Below, in pieces: positions 1 through 7,418 of a stretch of DNA of 49,593 bases. The position numbers and the translations under genes were made by a program. The stretch is from a virus (Duplodnaviria > Caudoviricetes), in the IMG/VR virus record IMGVR_UViG_3300025529_000009, positions 1 to 49,593 of that record, one strand, 5' to 3'. The notes below the pieces were generated by a model. That model had not been told where the DNA came from, did not search any database, and was given only the letters and a program-made list of their open reading frames with translations. The first letter of the stretch is position 1. Every line of letters begins with the position of its first letter.

Positions 1-10
1 GGGCCCACCA
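1..10 (+). tRNA. 3' end of an upstream tRNA, truncated by the window edge
   Basis: GGGCCCACCA ends in CCA 32 bp before the next tRNA; isotype cannot be determined. Confidence 0.5.
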
Positions 11-42
11 TGAGACAGACGATTGTAAAAGTTACATAACAT

Positions 43-118
43 GATCCGGTAGCTCAGTTGGGAGAGCACCATCTTGACAGGGTGGGGGTCGCTGGTTCGA
101 ACCCAGTCCGGATCACCA
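43..118 (+). tRNA. tRNA-Val(GAC), the prophage integration target
   Basis: 76 nt; acceptor stem GATCCGG/CCGGATC, D arm TAGCTCAGTTGGGAGAGC, anticodon loop TT-GAC-AG, T loop GGTTCGAAC, encoded CCA. Confidence 0.95.
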
Positions 119-120
119 TA
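74..120 (+). repeat. attL core, 47 bp (tRNA 3' half)
   Basis: TTGACAGGGTGGGGGTCGCTGGTTCGAACCCAGTCCGGATCACCATA is identical to 48442-48488. Confidence 0.95.
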
Positions 121-132
121 CATAAGAAGCTG

Positions 133-161
133 AAACCCTTGAGAAATCAAGGGTTTTTCTT
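133..161. terminator. Intrinsic terminator after the tRNA, convergent with int
   Basis: AAACCCTTGA-GAAA-TCAAGGGTTT hairpin followed by a T-rich tail. Confidence 0.75.
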
Positions 162-163
162 AT

Positions 164-228
164 GTTGTCATGTACCCACCCTGACAACATGGTCCCTCTT
201 CGTTGTCGCTTGACAACATTTTGACAAC
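164..228. promoter_or_regulatory. Putative integrase arm-type sites, left
   Basis: TGACAAC at 182, 211 and 222, inverted GTTGTCA at 164; the same motif occurs three times near attR. Confidence 0.7.
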
Positions 229-238
229 CTTTATTGAA

Positions 239-1378
239 CTAAAGCGTTTTCGGACGACTTTGCTTCATCATCTTCTCGAAGTTGTCAGCAGCTTCTTTTT
301 GCATATCGGGCAAGACGTGGCTGTACACATCCATGGTTATGCCTACCCGGCTGTGTCCAAGTCGTTCTGAAACCACTTTCGGATGCTCTCCGAGCTGCAA
401 GAGCATCGTCGCGTGTGTGTGCCGCAGATCGTGGAAGCGAATGTACGGCAGGCCACTTCTCTTTATGATCCGCTCGTAATGCCGAAGGAGGTTGCGCGGG
501 TCTTGCGGCCGACCGTCATCGTAGCATACAACGAGATCGTGGTCCTGGTAGCCAGCGCCATATTGAAGCTTGAACTTGTTTTGCTTGGCCTTGTGAGATT
601 TTAACTCCTGAACAACGAAATGTGGGATGGCGATCCGCCTTTTCGCGCTTTTTGTTTTTGGCTCCTGGAAGATGATCCCTGAATTAGAGGGACGGTATAG
701 GGTCTGCTGCACGCTGATTCTAGCCTGATCGAAATCGATATCCTTCCAACGCAGGCCCAGAATTTCCCCGCGTCGCATGCCGGTGTAAATCGCCAGGACA
801 AATGCGATGTAGTATTTATCCTCCTTGGCATATGACAAAAACTCATTTGCTTGTTCTGCTGTCCAGGTGACGATTTCCTTTTGGGCCAGACGCGGAGGAT
901 CGACATGCTCCATGATGTTTTTCGGGATCAGCTGCCATTTCACTGCTTGGTTGAGGGCCTTACTCAGCACTGCGTGCAGATACTTAATGTAGTCGGCGGA
1001 GAGATCCTCTTTTTGAAGATCCGTCAAATATTTGGTGACATGCAATGGTGACAGCTTGTCCAACTCGTGGTGACCGAGCGCAGGGATGATTCGGCTCCTC
1101 ACGGCAACCTCGTGGTTGGTATAGGTGGATTGCCTGAGTTTTGTCTTTGCATAATTCTCCAACCAAAATTCCAAGTAGCTCGCCAGCGTTTGTTTCTTCG
1201 AAATGACCAGCTCGCCGCGCTCATACTGAGCGATCATCTCAGCGCATGCAATCTCCGCCTCTTTTTTGGTCTTAAATCCGGAGCGTGTAATCTGCCGGCG
1301 CTTTCCTGTCTCGGGGTCAGTCCCCAGAGAAACTGCGAACGACCAAGTACTGCCACGTTTTCTAAAATGTCCTTTCAT
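239..1378 (-). CDS. int: Prophage tyrosine integrase with N-terminal arm-binding domain
   Basis: N-term KRRQITRSGFKTKKEA; catalytic motifs TGMRRGE, HDLRHTHA, LGHS, DVYSH; next to attL. Confidence 0.95.
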   Translation of the reverse strand: MKGHFRKRGSTWSFAVSLGTDPETGKRRQITRSGFKTKKEAEIACAEMIAQYERGELVISKKQTLASYLEFWLENYAKTKLRQSTYTNHEVAVRSRIIPALGHHELDKLSPLHVTKYLTDLQKEDLSADYIKYLHAVLSKALNQAVKWQLIPKNIMEHVDPPRLAQKEIVTWTAEQANEFLSYAKEDKYYIAFVLAIYTGMRRGEILGLRWKDIDFDQARISVQQTLYRPSNSGIIFQEPKTKSAKRRIAIPHFVVQELKSHKAKQNKFKLQYGAGYQDHDLVVCYDDGRPQDPRNLLRHYERIIKRSGLPYIRFHDLRHTHATMLLQLGEHPKVVSERLGHSRVGITMDVYSHVLPDMQKEAADNFEKMMKQSRPKTL

Positions 1379-1436
1379 GGAATCCCATCCTTTCTCGCTA
1401 ATTCAGAATTTATGATGTAGAGAAGCACTGTTAAAA

Positions 1437-2516
1437 TCAAAACGGAAGGTCATCGTCCTTTATTTGAAAATCCGCAAATGGATCAATAGATGCTTGTTTT
1501 CTTATATCTTCGTTCTCCTCTTCCCATGATTTCAATAACCCGGATTCAAAAAACGTAGAAGTCGAGCCACACTGAACACAAAACCGAGCATCACCGTCTA
1601 AAAATGCTCCACAACTATTTTGGAATTCAATATGCCAAGGGCCATTATACCGGTTACCCGGTTCATCCGAGAAACCAGTGCATTTGTTAACCAAATATGC
1701 TCCACAAATTTGACAATAGTCACCAATGATATGTTCGTTCTGACATCTAGGGCATTGGATAGCCCTATGTAATTCATCCAAGTTAATTCCGGAGTAATGC
1801 ATTTCATCGAACCCCTTTCTCTTTGACAAATGGTTATGCCCACAGACTGGACAGAATTTTGCAGTTTGATGGATAAAGTAATGGTTGCAACGTAAACAAT
1901 ATTTTGAATTAAGGACCGAATGTATAAATCCTTTGAATTGGGTAAGTAGTATGAATGCAAAATTTATTGCTTTAAGCGAATCCTTTTTTAAAAACTGAAG
2001 CCTTGTTCTAGCTGCAGATTGAGAGACGTGAAAATAATACACTAAGTCATGCACAGATTTTATTCTTAATTTATTCACTAGAGGGGCTGGAGCCAGTGTG
2101 TTTCTGGCAAAACAGTTTGCCTCATTTTCCAGAACTTTGTATTTCTCTTCGGTTAATTTGCTTCTTGATAGTATTGTTTCTTCAAAATCAACTAAATGAT
2201 TTAGATAAATATGGCCGATTTCATGCATTAAGGTAAAACGGATTCTTCCAAAATTATCAATCGTGTCGTTATAAGCAATTGTGTAATTTCTTCCGTTAAA
2301 CATCACGTATCCGTCTTCACTTTGAAACGCTTCACAAATTTCGGCCACAGTAACATTATGCTCATTTGCTAGTTCTGAATAAGTACAAAGCCCCCATTTG
2401 TTTCTTCTAATTATTTCAAAAGGGTCTATAGGAAATTCCGTTATGTCCTCTTTTAAAAGAAAATCATAGGCAGATCGCATAGCCTTTTCATATCGAGCAG
2501 CTTTAGGAAATTGCAT
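1437..2516 (-). CDS. ImmA/IrrE-family metallopeptidase (anti-repressor) with C-terminal zinc ribbons
   Basis: RFTLMHEIGH (HExxH), ENEANCFA, several CxxC pairs; lies between repressor and integrase; AT-rich. Confidence 0.88.
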   Translation of the reverse strand: MQFPKAARYEKAMRSAYDFLLKEDITEFPIDPFEIIRRNKWGLCTYSELANEHNVTVAEICEAFQSEDGYVMFNGRNYTIAYNDTIDNFGRIRFTLMHEIGHIYLNHLVDFEETILSRSKLTEEKYKVLENEANCFARNTLAPAPLVNKLRIKSVHDLVYYFHVSQSAARTRLQFLKKDSLKAINFAFILLTQFKGFIHSVLNSKYCLRCNHYFIHQTAKFCPVCGHNHLSKRKGFDEMHYSGINLDELHRAIQCPRCQNEHIIGDYCQICGAYLVNKCTGFSDEPGNRYNGPWHIEFQNSCGAFLDGDARFCVQCGSTSTFFESGLLKSWEEENEDIRKQASIDPFADFQIKDDDLPF

Positions 2517-2878
2517 TACTTATCATCTCGCGCCTCATCACCTCGGTTACTTAGTGATTTAATCAAATTTTTGAGCAGAACCCTGTTCCCTGAATCAAGT
2601 TTCTGAATATCCCTAGCTAGCGATCTGACTTCTTCATCAATATCTTCAAAGTCGGCATTTGTTGGCTGTACATACGGATCGTTTGTACGGCCAAGCAGGT
2701 AATCTGTAGATACACCTAAAATCGATGCGATTTGATTCAATTTTTCAGTAGGTGGGGTGCTTTTGTCCCGCTCGTAACTGGAAAAGTTGGCTTCGGTCAT
2801 ATTCAACTTTTCTGCCATTTGACTCTGTGTAAAGCCTCTTTTCAGCCGAAACTCTCTGATCCTTGAACCAAGAGACAT
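2516..2878 (-). CDS. XRE-family HTH repressor (ImmR/CI-like)
   Basis: HTH TQSQMAEKLNMTEANFSSYERD and GVSTDYLLGRT; coupled to the peptidase gene; divergent from cro. Confidence 0.9.
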   Translation of the reverse strand: MSLGSRIREFRLKRGFTQSQMAEKLNMTEANFSSYERDKSTPPTEKLNQIASILGVSTDYLLGRTNDPYVQPTNADFEDIDEEVRSLARDIQKLDSGNRVLLKNLIKSLSNRGDEARDDK

Positions 2879-2890
2879 AATTAACCACTC

Positions 2891-2946
2891 CTAAAATTAA
2901 ATTTTAGCAAAAGGGTATTGCTCAAATAAAATTTGAGTGGTATAGT
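2891..2946. promoter_or_regulatory. Genetic switch: two 17-bp operators and the rightward sigma-A promoter
   Basis: CTAAAATTAAATTTTAG (2891-2907) and CTCAAATAAAATTTGAG (2921-2937); TTGCTC-17-TATAGT (2918-2946) with extended TG. Confidence 0.8.
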
Positions 2947-2979
2947 GATATTACAGCAACAGAGGAGGTGTAAAACGGA

Positions 2980-3213
2980 GTGGCTGGAACCACTAAACCA
3001 CGAATTCGACTGAAGGAACTCAGGATGCAAAAAGGGACTCAGCGCAAGGTGGCGCAGGATTTAAACATCACCGAAACACACCTTCGTGAGTTGGAAAACG
3101 GAAGGTCGGTGCCGGGAACCAAACTATTGATTAGGATCGAACACTATTTCGGTGTGTCCGATAAGGAGCTGTTCCCCGATTTGCATGAACCCAATTTTTA
3201 CTTGTGTGATTGA
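2980..3213 (+). CDS. Cro-like XRE HTH protein
   Basis: TQRKVAQDLNITETHLRELENGRSVP; RBS GAGGAGGTG; divergent from the repressor. Confidence 0.85.
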   Translation: MAGTTKPRIRLKELRMQKGTQRKVAQDLNITETHLRELENGRSVPGTKLLIRIEHYFGVSDKELFPDLHEPNFYLCD

Positions 3214-3323
3214 CTCAAATTTAGTTTTACCAGATAGCTTGATTATATACCTAAATTTGAGTTTCCGCAAGTATAATTTGTGGTGCTTATTTAAGTATGC
3301 CCAAAACTCAAATTTAATTTGAT
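3214..3323. promoter_or_regulatory. Additional operator copies downstream of cro
   Basis: CTCAAATTTAGTTTTAC (3214), AAATTTGAG half-site (~3253-3261), CTCAAATTTAATTTGAT (3307). Confidence 0.65.
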
Positions 3324-3338
3324 ACGTGAGGTGAAAAG

Positions 3339-3542
3339 ATGGAACAGTTACAGATTTTCAATCACGCTGACTTCGGTGAGGTGCACATTATTCACATCAA
3401 CGGCAAGGAGATGTTTGCTGCTACTCAAGTGGCGACAATCCTTGGCTACTCAAACCCTCGAGACGCAATCGCAAAGCATTGCCGCGAAGAGGGGGTCGCG
3501 TTTTACGACGTCCCTACTCCCGGCGGCACACAGCAATTTTGA
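3339..3542 (+). CDS. Truncated Bro-N domain protein (possible pseudogene)
   Basis: LQIFNHADFGEV...VATILGYSNPRDAIAKHC...GGTQ, then a stop before the Bro-N INESGLY segment. Confidence 0.65.
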   Translation: MEQLQIFNHADFGEVHIIHINGKEMFAATQVATILGYSNPRDAIAKHCREEGVAFYDVPTPGGTQQF

Positions 3543-3560
3543 TATGAGAGGTGACCGACG

Positions 3561-4367
3561 GTGGACAAACCGCAGATTTTCCGACATTCAATTTTTGGCG
3601 ATCTGCCAGTAATCATTGTGGACGGGGTTGAATGGTTCGGGGCAACGGAAGCAGCTAAGGCGCTATCATTTGCAAAACCTCATGATGCTATTAACAACCA
3701 CGTGGATGAAGATGACTCCGCGGTCTACGGAGTCACCGACTCACTCGGTAGAACGCAGCAGAAAAAATTCATTAACGAGTCCGGCCTTTACAGCTTAATT
3801 TTCGGAGCTGCCAAACAAGGCAACAATCCAGAGATTCAAGCTAAGGCCAAAGAATTCAAAAGATGGGTCACAAGTGAAGTCCTCCCGTCCATCCGCCAGC
3901 ACGGCGGTTACCTGACGCCGGAAAAAATCGAGGAAGTACTGCTCAACCCGGACACGATCATCGACCTGGCGCAGCGGCTTAAACAAGCAAATGAAGAAAA
4001 AGCCAAACTGGCCGCAAAAATCGAAGCTGACAAACCGAAAGTCCTCTTTGCAGAAGCTCTCGAAACATCAAGCAACAGCATCTTGATCGGCGAATTAGCA
4101 AAGCTGCTCAAGCAAAACGGCGTCAATATCGGCCAGAATCGGCTATTTGAACGGCTGCGGAATGAAGGGTACCTGATGAAGACGAAGGACGAACGCTGGA
4201 ACGATCCGACGCAAAAAGCGCTTGAACTCGGACTGTTCGAGATCAAGAAACGAACAATTAACGGCCCTGACGGCACGGTGCGAACGGTCAAGACCACGAA
4301 GGTGACCGGAAAAGGCCAGATTTACTTTATCAACAAGTATAAGGGCGAAGCAGTACAAGCCATATAA
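3561..4367 (+). CDS. Phage antirepressor, Bro-N plus KilAC/ANT domains
   Basis: FINESGLYSLIF, FKRWVTSEVLPSIRQHGGY, KPKVLFA, TTKVTGKGQIYFINK. Confidence 0.92.
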   Translation: MDKPQIFRHSIFGDLPVIIVDGVEWFGATEAAKALSFAKPHDAINNHVDEDDSAVYGVTDSLGRTQQKKFINESGLYSLIFGAAKQGNNPEIQAKAKEFKRWVTSEVLPSIRQHGGYLTPEKIEEVLLNPDTIIDLAQRLKQANEEKAKLAAKIEADKPKVLFAEALETSSNSILIGELAKLLKQNGVNIGQNRLFERLRNEGYLMKTKDERWNDPTQKALELGLFEIKKRTINGPDGTVRTVKTTKVTGKGQIYFINKYKGEAVQAI

Positions 4368-4381
4368 GGGAGGCGCTGGCG

Positions 4382-4606
4382 ATGCACGCTGTCGAGAAAC
4401 GGCTGCTTGAGTTGGTTGGAATTCTTCTGCAGCGTCAGCTAACGACTGTCGAACGTGACGACCTGCGATTCTGTCACCGGTTTCTTGTAGAACGCGAGTG
4501 GAAGTTGGGACTGCTTGAAGCCCAGTCATATCTCGCGAGCCTATCCAACGATACCGAATGGCAGCACGAAATTTGCCGGCAGATTGATGCTCTTGATGGG
4601 AGGTGA
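4382..4606 (+). CDS. Hypothetical phage protein
   Basis: RBS GGGAGG; fits operon packing. Confidence 0.7.
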   Translation: MHAVEKRLLELVGILLQRQLTTVERDDLRFCHRFLVEREWKLGLLEAQSYLASLSNDTEWQHEICRQIDALDGR

Positions 4607-4610
4607 GACT

Positions 4611-4811
4611 TTGAAAGCGCTGGAAGACCTGCCAGCGATCCTCACGGCACAGGATATCGCTGAATACCTTCGCATCTCTGAACGCCGGGCATATGAACTG
4701 ATGGGGTTGAAATCATTCCCTCTGATTCAAGGGCTTGGACGCAGCAAGAGGGTCACCCGGGAATCGTTTAAGCAATGGCTCCAGTCGAATGAACGCAAGA
4801 CTGTTGATTGA
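4611..4811 (+). CDS. Excisionase-like HTH protein
   Basis: LPAILTAQDIAEYLRISERRAYELM...RVTRESFKQWL; TTG start after GGGAGGTGA. Confidence 0.8.
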   Translation: MKALEDLPAILTAQDIAEYLRISERRAYELMGLKSFPLIQGLGRSKRVTRESFKQWLQSNERKTVD

Positions 4812-4825
4812 AAGGAGGTAATCGA

Positions 4826-5053
4826 GTGTTCACAAAAGAGGAATTCGCTCACTCGCTGGAACAGACGTATCGCACAAGTGGGCTCCAGAATGCAGGCAGA
4901 TGGTTCGGCCTGGTGTATCGCAGCCTGCGTCTGTCGATGTTCATCGAACCGGACAAAGACGTCAAAGACAGGATCAGCCAAAAGCGCCAGGAACTGCTGG
5001 CGACCTGGAAAGAATTTGCCGGCCGGTTTCAGAAAGGCGGTGACAATCGATGA
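4826..5053 (+). CDS. Hypothetical protein
   Basis: RBS AAAGGAGGT before GTG; overlaps the next start. Confidence 0.65.
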   Translation: MFTKEEFAHSLEQTYRTSGLQNAGRWFGLVYRSLRLSMFIEPDKDVKDRISQKRQELLATWKEFAGRFQKGGDNR

Positions 5054-5265
5054 ACACTTTCAGTAAACGGGCCATCTGGCTGGCGGTTAACTCCGAACAC
5101 GGTGACCGTCTCGTGCAGATCACCCAGGAACACATCAGATTGGCACGCGACCTGGCTGAGCACCGCCTTTACATGTCTAGTGTTGAGGTCGAAATACTGA
5201 AGTCCAGGATCGAGGAGTTGCGCAAGGAGCGCGACGCTATCCTGGCTCAGTTCGAGGGGAGGTGA
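5050..5265 (+). CDS. Hypothetical coiled-coil protein
   Basis: ATGA and GTGA translational coupling on both sides. Confidence 0.65.
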   Translation: MNTFSKRAIWLAVNSEHGDRLVQITQEHIRLARDLAEHRLYMSSVEVEILKSRIEELRKERDAILAQFEGR

Positions 5266-5828
5266 AGCCGTTGAACTGCCAAACCATAAGCGATCAAATG
5301 CGGCCTCACCTGAAACTGGTCCATCTCGTCGCATATCGCTTCGAAAGTAGATACAAGCTGCCGCCAGGCGTTGATCATGACGATCTCGTTCAGGAGGGAA
5401 GCCTCGGGCTGTGGGAGGCTTTGCGACGTTACGATCCCTTGAAGGGGAGCTTCTCAACTTTCGCCATCATATGCATCGAATCCAAAATCGGGAAACTTTT
5501 TCGGAAATCACGGGCACAGAAACGATACGGCTCACCGGTGTGTTACCTTTCTGATCGGACAGTTGATGACTGCACACTGGAAGAAGTAATCCCCTCCAAA
5601 GAATCGGTTGAAACTGCTGTGGTGTTGAAAGTTCTACTGGAGACCTTGCCCGCGCGTGAGCATCGCATGCTCATGATGTACCTAAACGGTTACAGGCAGC
5701 CGGAACTTGCTAGACGCTTCGGGTTGACACAATCGTATGTCAGCAAGCTCTTACGTAGGAACATAAGAGATTTGAGGCGTGGCTACAGCGACCGGCTTCT
5801 GGAAAACAAAAAAACTAAGAAAGGATGA
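5262..5828 (+). CDS. Phage sigma-70 family RNA polymerase sigma factor
   Basis: Region 2 DDLVQEGSLGLWEALRRYDPLKGSFSTFA; region 4 HTH QPELARRFGLTQSYVSK. Confidence 0.85.
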   Translation: MKPLNCQTISDQMRPHLKLVHLVAYRFESRYKLPPGVDHDDLVQEGSLGLWEALRRYDPLKGSFSTFAIICIESKIGKLFRKSRAQKRYGSPVCYLSDRTVDDCTLEEVIPSKESVETAVVLKVLLETLPAREHRMLMMYLNGYRQPELARRFGLTQSYVSKLLRRNIRDLRRGYSDRLLENKKTKKG

Positions 5829-5834
5829 TGCGGT

Positions 5835-6116
5835 GTGAAGGGATACGATTTCAAAGCAGCTCGTCGGAGAATCGAAGAACTGAAACTGATCTACCGGCAA
5901 ATGAAACGCTGGTACGAAGATGATGATACCTGGAGTTGGTGGATCATGGCGCAGATCGAGGAAATCGAACGGGAAATCGAAGAAGCCCATCAGGCCCAAA
6001 AAGGCAGAATGGCCGTCGGGCAGGACGGCCATCCAATAAACGCTTTTGGAAATGTTCTTACTCCGATTATACCGGCTTGGAGCCGGGGGAGCAAGGAGGA
6101 TCTGCAACATGTCTGA
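5835..6116 (+). CDS. Hypothetical protein
   Basis: RBS AAGGATG; contiguous in the early operon. Confidence 0.6.
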   Translation: MKGYDFKAARRRIEELKLIYRQMKRWYEDDDTWSWWIMAQIEEIEREIEEAHQAQKGRMAVGQDGHPINAFGNVLTPIIPAWSRGSKEDLQHV

Positions 6117-6462
6117 ACAAAGACGTGACGCCGCAGCCGATCTGGCGATGTGTGAGGCAGCGACGCCGGGCAAATGGGAAGGAAAACATGCCATTCAACC
6201 GTATATCTCGGTGTTTACTGGCGTCGCGGAAGAAGTGATCGCGACGACATACACAAGGGGAAATCTGCGCTTCATCGCCGAATCCCGCACAGCCCTGCCC
6301 CACTGGATCAATCGGGCGGTGGCAGCGGAGGCGGAGGTTGAGCGGTATCGTATCCTGCTTCACAACGTATTGGAGCGTAGCAAATGGGGAGATGCCGAAA
6401 ACGCCTTGGTAAAGATCGTTTTGATGATTGAAAATCATTTGTCTGAAATTGATAGCGAGTAA
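6109..6462 (+). CDS. Ead/Ea22-like protein, paralog 1
   Basis: DLAMCEAATPGKW...RFIAESR...AVAAEAEVER; RBS AAGGAGGA. Confidence 0.7.
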   Translation: MSEQRRDAAADLAMCEAATPGKWEGKHAIQPYISVFTGVAEEVIATTYTRGNLRFIAESRTALPHWINRAVAAEAEVERYRILLHNVLERSKWGDAENALVKIVLMIENHLSEIDSE

Positions 6463-6713
6463 CGCAGGCTTGTCCTGCGCGGAGGGCCCATGCTTTCGCA
6501 CACGCCAACGTGCGATTGACCACCCAAAAATCTTAATGCTATCCATGGGCTCTCCCCGGAGGACACGCTTCGGAGGCAGCGATCACATAACTGTGCAGCA
6601 CAGTTGTCCCATAGGTCGATGCTTCCGTCGAGAACCTCCACTACATAGCGAGGCCAAGCGGCGCAGCCGAGGAGCTGCAGCGGCCGCGCAGAGGTTGGGG
6701 CGCGGTGGCCTCG
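6463..6713 (+). ncRNA. Candidate structured RNA in the early operon
   Basis: Nested helices 6481-6492/6544-6555, 6572-6578/6620-6626, 6587-6595/6599-6607 and 6649-6656/6706-6713; no ORF with a credible RBS. Confidence 0.5.
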
Positions 6714-6739
6714 TGATCCACGAAAGGGGGTGAGTTTCG

Positions 6740-6907
6740 ATGCAGGTAAAGAAACGTGAAGACCTTATCGGCCAGACCGGAAGCATAACCAGGAATTTCA
6801 CGATCATCGACGCCAAGGAAGGCAAATTCGGAATCGACATCCGCGTCCGGGACGATCGGGGCGAGGAATACTGGACCAGCCTGGAGGACGTTTCCTTGGA
6901 TGGGTAA
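6740..6907 (+). CDS. Small hypothetical protein, 55 aa (not in the ORF track)
   Basis: RBS AAAGGGGGTGA; MQVKKREDLIGQTGSITRNFTIIDAKEGKFGIDIRVRDDRGEEYWTSLEDVSLDG. Confidence 0.7.
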   Translation: MQVKKREDLIGQTGSITRNFTIIDAKEGKFGIDIRVRDDRGEEYWTSLEDVSLDG

Positions 6908-7004
6908 AGTAAAAGACCCTGCGTGGCAGCGCAGAGTCTCAAACAAAACACAATTATCACCTCAAGCGTAACGTGTTCCGCTTGAAAAATCAAGGAGGGT
7001 AAAT

Positions 7005-7418
7005 ATGAACATCACGTTGAACATCGTGGCCGGTAGCCCGGCAGAACTGCAAGAAGCTGTCACCGGACTGACAGGTATCATGGGCGGCGTAGTCGTACCT
7101 CAACCCACTGTCGCAACGGAGGAACCGGAAAAGCAGAATCGGTCCAGAAAACAAGAAAAGCAGCCAGATTCTGAGCCGAAAAAGGCTGAAGAGAAGCAGG
7201 ATTCGAGCGCTGCTGACGAAACCGACCATACTGCTGATGATGCAACTGAATACGTACCTACTGTCGTTGAGCTTCGCGCCAAGGCCCAGGAAAAAGGGAA
7301 AACGCCGGAAGGCAAAAAGGCAATTAAGGCACTCCTGGATGAGTTCGGAAGCAAATCGATTTCTGACGTTCCGGAAGAGAAACGCGCGGCATTCCTTGCA
7401 GCACTGGAGGCCCTGTAA
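7005..7418 (+). CDS. Conserved phage replication-module protein preceding DUF2800
   Basis: RBS AAGGAGGG; C-term ELRAKAQE...IKALLDEFGSKSISDVPEEKRAAFL is typical of this position. Confidence 0.75.
   Translation: MNITLNIVAGSPAELQEAVTGLTGIMGGVVVPQPTVATEEPEKQNRSRKQEKQPDSEPKKAEEKQDSSAADETDHTADDATEYVPTVVELRAKAQEKGKTPEGKKAIKALLDEFGSKSISDVPEEKRAAFLAALEAL

Noticed and set aside
2879-2979. LexA (Cheo) box controlling the switch
   Set aside because: No CGAAC-N4-GTTCG match seen; induction is more plausibly via the ImmA-like protease
6428-6733. 101-aa ORF across the early intergenic region
   Set aside because: No RBS, overlaps the previous gene, low-complexity Arg/Ala/Gly composition; dense base-pairing explains the region better
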